Source: Candidatus Peregrinibacteria bacterium (GTDB lineage: Bacteria; Patescibacteriota; Gracilibacteria; UBA1369). From it: a DNA stretch of 64,000 nt. How positions within the stretch are numbered: the first letter of the stretch is position 1; the number at the start of each line of letters is the position of its first letter. Both the position numbers and the translations under genes were made by a program. The notes below the pieces were generated by a model. That model did not search any database. It was not told where the DNA came from and saw only the letters and a list, made by a program, of their open reading frames with translations. The DNA is taken from positions 512,001-576,000 of the forward strand of contig OY970195.1 of the NCBI GenBank assembly GCA_963708185.1, written 5' to 3'. Shown one piece after another: positions 20,907 through 31,434 of the stretch.

Positions 20907-22679
20907 ATGTTACGCACCAATACCTGTAATGAATTGAAAGCTTCCGACGTGGGAAAAGAGGTGACATTATGCGGATGGGTTCATCACCGCCGCGATCACG
21001 GCGGGCTGATTTTTATCGATCTCCGCGACCGTTACGGCCTGACCCAGATCGTGACCGACCCCAATGATTTCCCCGATGCCCATAAGAAGGCTGACGACGT
21101 TCGCAGTGAGTTCGTGGTGCGCGTCACCGGAAAAGTGCGAAAGCGCCCGGAAGGCATGACCAACCCCAAAATGGTTACCGGAGAGATCGAAGTGCTCATC
21201 AGCAATTTTGAGGTTCTGAACAAAGCAAAGACCCCGCCTTTCGAGATCGACCAGGATAAAGAGATCAACGAGGAACTTCGCCTGAAATATCGCTATCTGG
21301 ACATACGCCGCGAACGCATGAAAGGGAACATCATCAAACGCCACCAGGTCATTAAAATGATCCGCGACTTCATGGACAGCAAGAATTTTATTGAGGTGGA
21401 AACACCGATTTTGATCAAAGGGACGCCTGAAGGGAGCCGCGAATACCTCGTTCCTTCACGCCTGTACCCGGGAAAGTTTTTTGTCCTCCCGCAGTCGCCG
21501 CAACAGTTGAAACAGTTGCTGATGGTGGCCGGCATGGACCGCTACTTCCAGATTGCCCGCTGCTTCCGCGATGAAGACCAGCGCGGCGACCGCCAGCCCG
21601 AATTTACGCAGCTCGATGTCGAGATGTCCTTTGTGGAAGCGGAAGACGTGATGCAGAACAGCGAGGAACTGATGATCCAGATCGTCGAAAAACTCGCCTC
21701 CAATAAAAAACTTATGAAGAAGCCTTTTCCACGCATGACCTGGCAGGAAGCCATGGACAACTACGGATCGGACAAACCGGATCTCCGTTTCGAGATGAAA
21801 ATCGTGGATGTCAGCGAAGAGGTCAAAAACTGTGAATTCCAGGTGTTCTCTTCGGCTATCAAGAACGGCGGAGTGGTCCGGGCTTTGCGCGTGGAAGGCG
21901 GCAATAAGTTCACCCGCAAGGAGATCGATGACATGACTGAAATCGCGAAAATTTACGGAGCCAAAGGTCTTGCCTACATCCAAATGGCTGAAGAAGGATC
22001 GAAATCCCCCTTTCTCAAATTCATGAAAGAGGATGAATTGAAGGCGATTTATGAAAAAACCGGAGCGAAAACCGGAGACATCATTTTCTTCGGAGCCGAC
22101 GAGTTTTTGACGGTGTGCGAGGCGTTGGGCCACGTACGTCTGGCCTGCGGAGACAAATTCGGACTGCGCGATAAAGACACTTTCGCGTTCGTATGGATTT
22201 ACGAGTTCCCGCTTTTTGAGTGGAGCAAGGAAGAACAGCGCCTGAATTCGGCACATCATCCGTTTACCAGCCCAATGAACGAAGATTTCGATCTTCTCAC
22301 AACACATCCGGAAAAAGTCAGAGCCAAAGCTTATGATCTTGCTTTGAACGGCGTCGAAGTCGGAGGAGGAAGCATTCGTATCCACGATCCTGAACTGCAG
22401 AGCAAGATTTTCGACATTCTCAAAATCACCAAAGAGGACGCCCAGCGGAGGTTCGGTCATTTACTCCATGCTTTCGAATTCGGCGCTCCACCGCACGGAG
22501 GAATCGCCTGGGGACTCGACCGTCTGGTGATGATTTTTCAGGATGAACAGAACATTCGCGAGGTGATGGCATTCCCAAAAGATCAAAAAGCCAAAGACCT
22601 CATGCTCAACGCGCCGTCAGAAATGCCCGATGAACAGGTGGCCGAGATGCACATCCGGATCAATGTCCCGAAAAAATAA
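20907..22679 (+). CDS. aspS: Aspartate--tRNA ligase
   Basis: RRDHGGLIFIDLRD, LPQSPQ, ARCFRDED.RGDRQPEFTQLD, GAPPHGGIAWGLDR. Confidence 0.97.
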   Translation: MLRTNTCNELKASDVGKEVTLCGWVHHRRDHGGLIFIDLRDRYGLTQIVTDPNDFPDAHKKADDVRSEFVVRVTGKVRKRPEGMTNPKMVTGEIEVLISNFEVLNKAKTPPFEIDQDKEINEELRLKYRYLDIRRERMKGNIIKRHQVIKMIRDFMDSKNFIEVETPILIKGTPEGSREYLVPSRLYPGKFFVLPQSPQQLKQLLMVAGMDRYFQIARCFRDEDQRGDRQPEFTQLDVEMSFVEAEDVMQNSEELMIQIVEKLASNKKLMKKPFPRMTWQEAMDNYGSDKPDLRFEMKIVDVSEEVKNCEFQVFSSAIKNGGVVRALRVEGGNKFTRKEIDDMTEIAKIYGAKGLAYIQMAEEGSKSPFLKFMKEDELKAIYEKTGAKTGDIIFFGADEFLTVCEALGHVRLACGDKFGLRDKDTFAFVWIYEFPLFEWSKEEQRLNSAHHPFTSPMNEDFDLLTTHPEKVRAKAYDLALNGVEVGGGSIRIHDPELQSKIFDILKITKEDAQRRFGHLLHAFEFGAPPHGGIAWGLDRLVMIFQDEQNIREVMAFPKDQKAKDLMLNAPSEMPDEQVAEMHIRINVPKK

Positions 22680-22837
22680 AGCCGACGGTGGTCCTTTTGA
22701 ATTTTTTTCAAAAAAAAGTATCCGGCTTCAGAAAGGGAAATACTTGATTTTTCGCTGTAAATTCAGGAAAAAAGTTTTTGAATTTTTTTTATAAGGTGCT
22801 AGTTTACTTGGGTCTTATTTCTTAACCCCATATTATT

Positions 22838-23047
22838 ATGATGATGGGAGATGACAACGGAGCAGGTACACCAGCTCCAGCAACACCGAGTCCGACACCA
22901 GCTCCGGCTCCGAATCCAACCCCGGCTGCTCCCGCAGCTCCGGCTATGCCAACTCCGGCACCAGCGGCTCCAAGCGCTCCGGCTGCTCCTGCAGCTCCGG
23001 CCGCTCCTGAAGCTCCAGCCGGCGGAAGTTCGACCCCGGCAGCGTAA
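22838..23047 (+). CDS. Small Pro/Ala-rich low-complexity protein
   Basis: 69 aa of PAP/PAA repeats with varied codons; followed by its own terminator. Confidence 0.65.
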   Translation: MMMGDDNGAGTPAPATPSPTPAPAPNPTPAAPAAPAMPTPAPAAPSAPAAPAAPAAPEAPAGGSSTPAA

Positions 23048-23067
23048 TTATCTCGGTTGTACACATG

Positions 23068-23094
23068 AAAGCCCCGGTTGTCCGGGGCTTTTTT
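23068..23094 (+). terminator. Rho-independent terminator
   Basis: AAAGCCCCGG-ttgt-CCGGGGCTTT followed by T tract. Confidence 0.85.
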
Positions 23095-23212
23095 CGTGCA
23101 TTCTTTGATTCGGGAGCATTCCCATTTGAGGGTTTTTGCTGTATAATTTTGATGGTACGCTCAGCGCAAGCTGCGCTTGCCGCCTTGCGCTCGCAGAATC
23201 AAATAATCGCTT

Positions 23213-25693
23213 ATGGAAGACTTTTTTACGACATTATTGCTCGCCGGGGGAACCGTGGTCGTGCTTTGGGCCGGGCTGAAGTTCACAAAATGGTATGTCC
23301 ATCACCACAGTGATCTGGAGCGTTCACTGAACATGGTCTTTTTGAGGATCCAGGTTCCAAAGAAGGAGTCCAAGGAGGACGTTGAACGTGAACAGCAAAG
23401 TATGGCCACAGGAGCAGATTTCAAACATGCTCTCGGCATCGCCAGCCACATGTTTGACTCACTGCACAGTATTTACGCCAAAAGCATCAAACATTATTTT
23501 ACCGGTCAGGATTTCATTTCTTTGGAATATGCCGTTCTTGACGGGGAGATCAATTTTTACGTCGTGGTGCCGCGAGAACTTACCAGCCTGATTGAAAAAC
23601 AGATCACGGGGTTCTATCCGGACTGCTATGTTGAAAAGGTCCAAGACTACAACATTTTCAAACCCGATTCGGAATATGCCGGGAACTACATGCATCTTTC
23701 GAAACCTTATTGGTTTCCGATCAAGAATTACAACCATTTGAATTCGGACCCGATGAACAATCTCACCAACGCACTTTCCAAGTTGAGTCCGGAAGACGGT
23801 GCTTCGATCCAGATCATGATCAAACCGAAAAAGGACGGATGGCAGGAGCATGGACGCCATGAGGCCAAGGAAATTTTCAACCAGAAAAAAGGAAAAGGAC
23901 ATTCTTCTCTCAATCCCCTGGCCTGGTTATCGGCACTCTTCGATTTCTTCGTCAAAGGTGAAATCAGTGAGAACAAAGAACACGGATCAAGCGAACGGAC
24001 GACTCCCCTGACCGATGAAGAAGTGAAAGCTCTTGAAGAGAAAAACTCGAAGGTCGGATACGAAACCGTCATCCGCATCGTGACGGCGTCACCGTCTTAC
24101 CGCGAAGCGAAGGCCAATCTGCAAAACATCAAGAGCGCTTTTGCCCAGTATAAATCTCCGGCCGCCAACGGCTTCGGCGACACCAAACATACCTCGGACA
24201 AAGCGCTTGTCAAACACTACATTTACCGACATTTCAAACGGCCGTGGACGCAGATCCTGAAGCGTCGGAAGATGGTGTTGTCTTCCGACGAGCTGGCTTC
24301 TCTCTTCCATTTACCGAACATCCGCTACAACAAAACACCGAATATCGCCTGGCAAAACTACAAAGTGTCGCCTGCTCCGCACAATATTCCCAAAGAGGGC
24401 ATTCTGCTCGGGCATAACACCTATCGCGGTGAAACCAAGGAGATCCGCATGAAGAACGAAGACCGTTTCCGCCACTTTTACGTCATCGGGCAGACGGGTA
24501 CCGGTAAATCTTCGATTTTCCAGGTGATGATCCGTCAGGATCTGCAGATGGGACACGGCCTGGCCGTGGTCGATCCGCACGGTTCTCTCATCGACGACAT
24601 TCTTCCCTACATTCCCCGCAACCGAGCCGATGACGTCATCTATTTCAATCCGGCGGACCTGGAGAGACCTCTTGGTTTGAACATGCTGGAAGGTGACAGT
24701 TGGGAGGAAAAGGAACTTGTGGCGCTGGACGCGATGAACATCATGATCAAACTGTTCAATGAAGAGATCTTCGGACCTCGCATCCAGGACTATTTCCGCA
24801 ACGGCTGTCTTACCCTGATGTCAGATCCCGAAGGCGGTTCCCTGACGGACATTGTCCGTTTGTTCACCGACGACGATTTCCAGCGGCTCAAAGTCCAGCA
24901 TGTAACGAATCCGATCGTCAGGTCGTTCTGGGAAAACCAGATGGCCAAGACGGGAGCCCGTGAAAAACAGGAGATGATCCCCTACTTTGCCGCCAAATTC
25001 GGTCAGTTCGTGACGAACACGATGATGCGAAACATCATCGGACAGACCAAATCCGCGTTTGATTTCATGAAAGTCATGCAGGAAGGAAAAATTCTTCTCA
25101 TGAATCTTTCCAAAGGTGAAGTCGGTGAAATCAACTCCAAACTGCTCGGTTTGATCATTGTTTCTAAAATCCAGATGGCAGCATTGCGAAGACAGCGCGT
25201 CCCCAAGGAAGAACGCCGTGATTTTTATCTCTACATTGATGAATTCCAGAACTACATCACGGACAGCATCGAATCAATCCTGTCCGAAGCACGTAAGTAC
25301 CGTTTGAGCCTGAACATGGCCCACCAGTACATCAATCAGCTCGTCGGCCCGAACAACAATACCAAGGTCAAAGACGCCGTGTTCGGAAACGTAGGAACCA
25401 TGATGTGCTACAAGATCGGCGCACAGGATGCCGAATATATGGCGAAGGAAATGGCTCCGGTCTTCAGTGATCAGGACCTTATCAACCTTGATAAGTACAA
25501 GGCCGTGATGAAACTTTCCATCGATACTCAGCCTAGCAGACCATTTAGTATTACGCCTGTCAACCCTTACCTGGAAAAAGGCGACGAGGAAGCGTCGGAA
25601 GCTTTCAAACAACTTTCACGTCTGAAATACGGGAGAGACCGTGAGTTCGTTGAACACGAAATCATCAGGAGAATTGGAGCTATGGCCTTATAG
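23213..25693 (+). CDS. VirD4/TraD-like (HerA/FtsK superfamily) membrane-anchored coupling ATPase
   Basis: N-terminal TM, RFRHFYVIGQTGTGKS Walker A, VVDPHG, LYIDEFQN Walker B, LSEARKYRL...AHQY..Q. Confidence 0.9.
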   Translation: MEDFFTTLLLAGGTVVVLWAGLKFTKWYVHHHSDLERSLNMVFLRIQVPKKESKEDVEREQQSMATGADFKHALGIASHMFDSLHSIYAKSIKHYFTGQDFISLEYAVLDGEINFYVVVPRELTSLIEKQITGFYPDCYVEKVQDYNIFKPDSEYAGNYMHLSKPYWFPIKNYNHLNSDPMNNLTNALSKLSPEDGASIQIMIKPKKDGWQEHGRHEAKEIFNQKKGKGHSSLNPLAWLSALFDFFVKGEISENKEHGSSERTTPLTDEEVKALEEKNSKVGYETVIRIVTASPSYREAKANLQNIKSAFAQYKSPAANGFGDTKHTSDKALVKHYIYRHFKRPWTQILKRRKMVLSSDELASLFHLPNIRYNKTPNIAWQNYKVSPAPHNIPKEGILLGHNTYRGETKEIRMKNEDRFRHFYVIGQTGTGKSSIFQVMIRQDLQMGHGLAVVDPHGSLIDDILPYIPRNRADDVIYFNPADLERPLGLNMLEGDSWEEKELVALDAMNIMIKLFNEEIFGPRIQDYFRNGCLTLMSDPEGGSLTDIVRLFTDDDFQRLKVQHVTNPIVRSFWENQMAKTGAREKQEMIPYFAAKFGQFVTNTMMRNIIGQTKSAFDFMKVMQEGKILLMNLSKGEVGEINSKLLGLIIVSKIQMAALRRQRVPKEERRDFYLYIDEFQNYITDSIESILSEARKYRLSLNMAHQYINQLVGPNNNTKVKDAVFGNVGTMMCYKIGAQDAEYMAKEMAPVFSDQDLINLDKYKAVMKLSIDTQPSRPFSITPVNPYLEKGDEEASEAFKQLSRLKYGRDREFVEHEIIRRIGAMAL

Positions 25694-25890
25694 TCCTCTT
25701 CTTACTTCCTGAAAGAAGTTGTCATCTTTTCCTAAAAAGTGACTATTTTGTCATGGAAAATTTAAAAAACATTCTTGTTATCTGCCAATACCATTCGGCT
25801 TTTGCGGCTTTCTGTTCATGATATAATTTCCTGATCGCCCAAAATTCCGGCGGTCAAAAAAAACCAAAACAAACCCCAAACCAAAACAAT

Positions 25891-27402
25891 ATGAAAAAAC
25901 AAAACTTTTTACACGTTTTCATGTATACGGGCGTGGCCGCCGTGATACTTCCCTGCAGTGTCACTCTTGCAGCCGTCTCCGAAACGCAGCAAGTCGTCGA
26001 TACCCAGCAGGTTGCTCCAGCCGTGAGTGCTCCTCAAGCCACCGATCCATCTCAAGACGGCCAGCAGGGCGGCGATGCCATTCAGACGTTTCCGAACCAG
26101 CAGACCTTTGTTATTTCAGCGTACTACTCACCGATTGAAGGACAAAAAAAATATGTGACAGGTTCCTACAATGGAGACATCAGGTTGAACGGAAGCGGAG
26201 TCCATTCTGCGGACGGTTCCACGGTATATCCCGGCATGGTCGCCGCTCCAAAGAACTATCCTTTCGGTACCAAAATGAAGATTCCAGGGATCGGCATCGT
26301 GGCTGTTCATGACCGCGGCGGCGCCATCGTCAACGCAGGCCAGCGCAATCAGGCTCACGACCGTCTGGACGTCTGGATGGGCTACGGTGATGCCGGTTTG
26401 CAGCGCGCGCTCCAGTGGGGACGCCGCACGGTTGACGTGACGGTATACGGCGTTGATCCGAGCCTCCAGGAAAATGTTTATCTGGAAGGTTATTCCGAAG
26501 CTGAAAAAATTGCCCAGACCGCAACGGGTGAAGACCCCAAGACCTTTGTCCAGGATCTTACCCTCAACGACAACAACGATTCGGTCAAAAAACTCCAGAC
26601 CGGCCTTCAGCAGCTCGGTTACTACAGCGGTGATGCGACCGGTGATTACAACGACGCGACCCGGGGAGCCGTGGTGAAATTCCAGATCGCCGTCGGGATC
26701 GTCGACAGCGAAACCGATTTCGGAGCAGGATACTTCGGTCCGCAAACACGCAAAAGCCTTGAAGACGCTCTGAACACAAGCAATCTGGAGGTCCAACACC
26801 ATCTTCCTCAAACGCCATTGAGCAAGGATGACCAGGGTGACGATGTCCGCAAGCTTCAGGAAGCCCTGCAGAAGCTCGGCTACAATGTGGAGGTGACCGG
26901 TATTTACGACAGCCAGACCATTGACGCGATCTTCAAGTTCCAGAAAGACCATAACGTCGTTTCCGCCGAAACAGATTTCGGGGCCGGAGTGTTCGGTCCG
27001 AAAACAATGCAGGTCCTTGCGAGCAACCTGGCGGGGGTGACCTTCGATACGGCCAACGCACAGGAAACGGACGTCCAACCGGTGGTCGTCTTTACCAAAG
27101 ATCTCAAGCTGGGCGACAAAGGTGACGATGTGACGAGACTCCAGCTGGAACTCCAGCGCATGCATTACCTCGGCATCGACCCGACGGGTTACTATGGTGA
27201 CGTGACGCAGCATGCCGTGATGAAATTCCAGGAAGCTCAGGGAATCATCGGCTCCGAAAATGAAAGCGGCGCCGGATACTTCGGGCAGAACACCCGCGCC
27301 AGCATCCATGCCATCATCGGCCAGCGCGAACATGTAAGCAGTCTCATGGCCAGCAAAAATCCTCCGTCAAAACCAGAGGATATGATCATCGCGGCGAAGT
27401 AG
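25891..27402 (+). CDS. Secreted 3D-domain protein with three peptidoglycan-binding domains
   Basis: Signal peptide; SAYYS..MVAAP..YPFGT..VHDRGGAI..RLDVWMG; three 'V..LQ..L..LGY...TG.Y...T..AV.KFQ...G.FG..T' units. Confidence 0.88.
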   Translation: MKKQNFLHVFMYTGVAAVILPCSVTLAAVSETQQVVDTQQVAPAVSAPQATDPSQDGQQGGDAIQTFPNQQTFVISAYYSPIEGQKKYVTGSYNGDIRLNGSGVHSADGSTVYPGMVAAPKNYPFGTKMKIPGIGIVAVHDRGGAIVNAGQRNQAHDRLDVWMGYGDAGLQRALQWGRRTVDVTVYGVDPSLQENVYLEGYSEAEKIAQTATGEDPKTFVQDLTLNDNNDSVKKLQTGLQQLGYYSGDATGDYNDATRGAVVKFQIAVGIVDSETDFGAGYFGPQTRKSLEDALNTSNLEVQHHLPQTPLSKDDQGDDVRKLQEALQKLGYNVEVTGIYDSQTIDAIFKFQKDHNVVSAETDFGAGVFGPKTMQVLASNLAGVTFDTANAQETDVQPVVVFTKDLKLGDKGDDVTRLQLELQRMHYLGIDPTGYYGDVTQHAVMKFQEAQGIIGSENESGAGYFGQNTRASIHAIIGQREHVSSLMASKNPPSKPEDMIIAAK

Positions 27403-27405
27403 CGT

Positions 27406-28041
27406 CTACTTTTCCAGGAAAGGTTCAACTGCCTCTTCCGTAACGTTACGCGGATCCAATCCGGCTTTGGCGCAGATTTGCTCTTCCAGTCTGTGGACGG
27501 CTTTTCCCACGAGATGGTCGTTTGGGGGAAGATCGCCGTCCGGGAAATACCGTTTTCTCCCGTCGACCAGTCTTTGGGCAATGCTCACGATACGGTCGTG
27601 AAGCACACGCTTGTCGGCATAATAGAGAAGTTTTTCCTCCCAGGTTTCCGGCTTGTCGACGGGATCGATGATGCCATCAAAGCGGTGTTTGCGTACAATG
27701 GTGGCAATTTTTGTTTCACCGATGTCTTTGAGCATGTTGTAGGCGGCCTGAACATGGCCGATGTGATTGCAGGATTTCATGAGAGCGGTCCAGAATTGGA
27801 TATCTTCGGCCGTGACGTTCTGTTCAAAATGTTCGATATCGAGTCGCTTGAAATCGCAGAGCTTCAGCACGTCGTGGAGCAGTGCGGCCTGGCGAAGCAC
27901 AACCAGATCGATTTTTTCTCCTGCCTGGATGAGGAGTTGTCCAATGAAAAGGCCCACGGCAGAAACCTTTTTCATGTGGTTCTGGACATGCACCGGGACA
28001 TGGTACTGCGCCGTCAGTTTTTGGAGAAGTTCTTCAGTCAT
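27406..28041 (-). CDS. HD-domain phosphohydrolase
   Basis: H...V, AALLHD, H..A, EEKLLYYADKR. Confidence 0.85.
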   Translation of the reverse strand: MTEELLQKLTAQYHVPVHVQNHMKKVSAVGLFIGQLLIQAGEKIDLVVLRQAALLHDVLKLCDFKRLDIEHFEQNVTAEDIQFWTALMKSCNHIGHVQAAYNMLKDIGETKIATIVRKHRFDGIIDPVDKPETWEEKLLYYADKRVLHDRIVSIAQRLVDGRKRYFPDGDLPPNDHLVGKAVHRLEEQICAKAGLDPRNVTEEAVEPFLEK

Positions 28042-28459
28042 GTTCGAAGGTTATGATACGGGTGGATGGATCTTGATATTCCAGTGTGATATTTGTGCAG
28101 TTTTTGGGGAGCAGTTCCTTGACTCTCTCCGGCCATTCGATGAGGACGATGGCGTTTTTTTGCTGGAAAATCTCTTCAAGGTCGGCGGCAAGAAGGTCGT
28201 CGGGTTCGTTGATGCGGTAAAAATCGCAATGATACAAAACCTTCCGTCCTTTCTTGTACTTTCTCATAAGGGTAAAGGTCGGACTTTTGATCTGTTTTGC
28301 GGCGATGCCGAGGCCTTCGGCAAAACCTTTGCAAAATACCGTTTTCCCGCTTCCAAGGTCTCCACTCAGGCAAAAACACTGTGGCGCGCGGCTTTTGCGG
28401 GCAAGTTTCGAGGCTAAGGACCTGGTCAGCTTTTCCGATGTTGATATGACGATTTTCAT
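28034..28459 (-). CDS. tsaE: t6A biosynthesis ATPase TsaE
   Basis: GDLGSGKT, SPTFTL, H.DFYR, IEWPE. Confidence 0.95.
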   Translation of the reverse strand: MKIVISTSEKLTRSLASKLARKSRAPQCFCLSGDLGSGKTVFCKGFAEGLGIAAKQIKSPTFTLMRKYKKGRKVLYHCDFYRINEPDDLLAADLEEIFQQKNAIVLIEWPERVKELLPKNCTNITLEYQDPSTRIITFEHD

Positions 28460-28548
28460 AGTTGTCTTGTTGGCTTTTTTTTGCTATAATTTAAAGATTT
28501 CATGGAAAAGAAAAACCTCTCTAAGCATAACATATAAAAACAAAAATT

Positions 28549-30537
28549 ATGGCATCAAAACTTCATGTAAAGAATGTGGCCAAATGGGTTCTGGCCTTGA
28601 TGTTTTTAACCACCGCGTCGTACCTGGTCAACAGAAATGCGACCGACTTCCAGGCGAGCGTGCTTCCCACTGTGCAGGCTCCGCCGTTCGACGGACTGGT
28701 GATGCCGGTTCAACGCACGCCGATCTGGACCTCTCTGACCACAAGCGAATACCACGCGAGCTATGACCAGATTCCCTCGGATAAAATGGGGCCGCCTCCG
28801 GTCTATGATGCCACTACGTTGAAAACTCCCGTTGAACAACTCGGATGGAAGACCGCGAGCGATCTCGTCATCAGAAATGCAAAAATCACCTACAGTACTC
28901 CGTACATGGGAGACTATAAGCTTGACGGTATCGAAGGAGCCGGGAGCCATTTGGCCGTGGACATCAAGGTTCCGATGGGCACACCCGTCTACGCCATCGG
29001 GAACGGTGTCGTGGTTACTGTTTCGACCATTACGACGGGTTTCGGAACGCATATCGTGATCCGGCATGACAACTTCCCTTCTTACGATAATCCGAATGTC
29101 CTGACCACCTATTATTCAACTTACAACCATTTGAGCCAGGCGATCGTGAGTGAAGGACAAGTCGTGTTGAAAGGTCAGCAAATTGCTTTGAGCGGAGAAA
29201 GCGGTGACGCGACAACTCCGCATGTCCATTTCCAGATCGATAATGATAACGCTCCGTGGCATCCGTACTGGCCGTTTACCTACCAGGAAGCCGCCGCCGC
29301 AGGATACGATTTTACGTCTGCGATCAATGCCGGCTTCGGTCGTGAAAAGGCTCTGGCCACCACGATCAATCCTTTGATGTATGTTCAGAAATATATGAAT
29401 TCGAGCGGAGTTTCGTCTTCAGCGACAACTTCAAGCACCACTCCCGCACCATCACCGAGTCCAACGCTGGCTCCGGCACCAAGTCCTACACCCGCACCAC
29501 AGCCGACTTCAACTTCAACAGCTCCGATTGCCGACGTTCCGACTTCGACGGCAACAACTCCGACGACCGAAGAAGAAACCCAGCAGCCGGTTTCCGTTGC
29601 TCCCGCTCCACCGCAGGTCACGGTCAGCGATCCCGCAGTGAGCCTGGAAGTGAACACTGATCAAAACTTCGTGGTCGGTTCCAACCAGACCATCACCGTC
29701 AAAGCTCTCGACGCTCACGGTGACGTCACTTCGGACTATCATCCCGTCAACGGTTTGACCTTCATGGTCGCCAACGGCGGTGCCACACTCGGAAAAGCAA
29801 ATTTCAGCGCTTCTGAAATCAAAGGCGGGACCGTCAGCACAACGTTCACGCCGACCGGCCCGCAGGGGTTGCGTATCCAGGCGAGTGATGGTGATCTCTC
29901 CGGCTACAGCGATATGATGCAGAGTGTTCTCTTCAGCGATGTTGCCGGCAGCAGCGACATTGCATCAGCCTTACAGTTCCTAAAAGACCATGATGTCGTG
30001 GGCGGTTATCCCGACGGAAGTTTCAAACCCGGGAACGTAGTTTCACGCGTTGAAGCCCTGAAGTTTATTCTGAAAGGCACCAACAAACAGATTCAGACCG
30101 TGGGCAGACTTCCTTTCAAGGATACAGATTCCAACCAGTGGTACGCCAACTATGTGGCGACCGCTTACAATAGCAGCATCGTCGGCGGTTATCCCGACCT
30201 CACCTTCAAACCGGCGAATACCGTCAACCGCGCTGAATTCCTCAAGATGCTCCTGCTGGCGATGAACGTGAAACTGGATACCAATGTCACCCAGGATGTC
30301 TTCACCGATGTCCCGAAGGACAGCTGGTATGCTCCGTACGTAAAATATGCCAAGGACAAGAACCTCATCGACAGCGGAAGTAACAAGTTCAATCCTGAAG
30401 AAGGCATGACGCGTTCGGAAGTTGCCGAAGTTATTTACCGCACCATCGTCCTGAAACTTACCGGCCAGCCGAAGTACCAGAACAGTTTGGTGGTTTCCAG
30501 TGCTTCCGCGGACCAGTACTTCAGAAACGCGACCTAA
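28549..30537 (+). CDS. M23 peptidase with Pro/Thr linker, Ig-like domain and three SLH domains
   Basis: HLAVD, YNHLS, PHVHF Zn motifs; GYPDG.FKP...V.R.E SLH repeats. Confidence 0.9.
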   Translation: MASKLHVKNVAKWVLALMFLTTASYLVNRNATDFQASVLPTVQAPPFDGLVMPVQRTPIWTSLTTSEYHASYDQIPSDKMGPPPVYDATTLKTPVEQLGWKTASDLVIRNAKITYSTPYMGDYKLDGIEGAGSHLAVDIKVPMGTPVYAIGNGVVVTVSTITTGFGTHIVIRHDNFPSYDNPNVLTTYYSTYNHLSQAIVSEGQVVLKGQQIALSGESGDATTPHVHFQIDNDNAPWHPYWPFTYQEAAAAGYDFTSAINAGFGREKALATTINPLMYVQKYMNSSGVSSSATTSSTTPAPSPSPTLAPAPSPTPAPQPTSTSTAPIADVPTSTATTPTTEEETQQPVSVAPAPPQVTVSDPAVSLEVNTDQNFVVGSNQTITVKALDAHGDVTSDYHPVNGLTFMVANGGATLGKANFSASEIKGGTVSTTFTPTGPQGLRIQASDGDLSGYSDMMQSVLFSDVAGSSDIASALQFLKDHDVVGGYPDGSFKPGNVVSRVEALKFILKGTNKQIQTVGRLPFKDTDSNQWYANYVATAYNSSIVGGYPDLTFKPANTVNRAEFLKMLLLAMNVKLDTNVTQDVFTDVPKDSWYAPYVKYAKDKNLIDSGSNKFNPEEGMTRSEVAEVIYRTIVLKLTGQPKYQNSLVVSSASADQYFRNAT

Positions 30538-30623
30538 AAGGATTCGCGGAGAGGTGCCATTATTATGGATTTCTCGAGGCGAGTCGTGTAGAATGCTCCT
30601 GCTTTCGCGTGTTTTCAGTATGT

Positions 30624-30700
30624 GCGCCCGTAGCTCAGTCGGATAGAGCAACAGCCTTCTAAGCTGTGGGTCGGCCGTTCGAATCGGCCCGGGCGCACCA
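30624..30700 (+). tRNA. tRNA-Arg(TCT)
   Basis: GCGCCCG/CGGGCGC acceptor, ACAGC-CT TCT AA-GCTGT anticodon arm, GTTCGAATC, encoded CCA. Confidence 0.96.
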
Positions 30701-30746
30701 ATGTTCAACTTTTTGCAATTTCCGGTTCTGTGCGGTGGGATACGTG

Positions 30747-30770
30747 GTTCCAATCGGCCCGGGCGCACCA
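30747..30770 (+). repeat. Direct repeat of the tRNA-Arg 3' end (att-like)
   Basis: GTTCcAATCGGCCCGGGCGCACCA matches 30677..30700 at 23 of 24 nt. Confidence 0.9.
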
Positions 30771-30855
30771 TTTGTTTATAACGCGATGTTTTAAAAACTT
30801 GATTTTTTCGGAAAATGTTGTTATATTGCTGATCTAGTTCTTTTGTGCCCTGGAT

Positions 30856-31434
30856 ATGCAACTTCAGGAAGATGAAAGCAAGATCAAAACCTTTTTCCAC
30901 CACCCGTTCCCGTTTTTTATCAAGGCGGTGAAGATTGCCATTGTCAGTTTTCCATTCTTTTTCGTCGCTTCTTTTTTTCAAGGACTACTTGGTCCGATAG
31001 AGATGTTTCTGATTTATGTTGGTATTGCGGCGATTTTTGCTTTGTTCATCGGTCATGAAGGTCTCCTTTATTTTATGGACCGTATCATTGTGACAAATAA
31101 AAGGGTCATTCACGTTGACTGGAAGACACTGTTCGAACGGGAAGAAACCGAAGCCGTACTCATCGATATCCAGGATATTGAAACTTCCGAAATGGGAATT
31201 CTTTCAAGATTCAAAATTTTTGACTTCGGGACATTCCATGTTGAGACCGCTTCCTCAAAGGCTTCGATTATTTTTTACGATGCCACCGATCCCGAAGGCA
31301 TCAAGCATTTCGTCTACCATCTTCTTCAAAAACCTTCTAAAATAATGAGCGAAGCCCTTGAAACATCATCTTATGATCGAGCGTACACGGAAGAAAGCGA
31401 AGAGGCTGGTGTCGGCAGAAGCAGGCAACGATGA
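30856..31434 (+). CDS. Membrane protein with bacterial PH-like domain
   Basis: Two TM helices, then [12 protein letters not shown]....F.R.......IQDI.....G......DFG...VETA. Confidence 0.8.
   Translation: MQLQEDESKIKTFFHHPFPFFIKAVKIAIVSFPFFFVASFFQGLLGPIEMFLIYVGIAAIFALFIGHEGLLYFMDRIIVTNKRVIHVDWKTLFEREETEAVLIDIQDIETSEMGILSRFKIFDFGTFHVETASSKASIIFYDATDPEGIKHFVYHLLQKPSKIMSEALETSSYDRAYTEESEEAGVGRSRQR

Noticed and set aside
30043-30981. 312-aa minus-strand ORF
   Set aside because: Runs antisense across the SLH gene, tRNA-Arg and the PH-domain gene; spurious.
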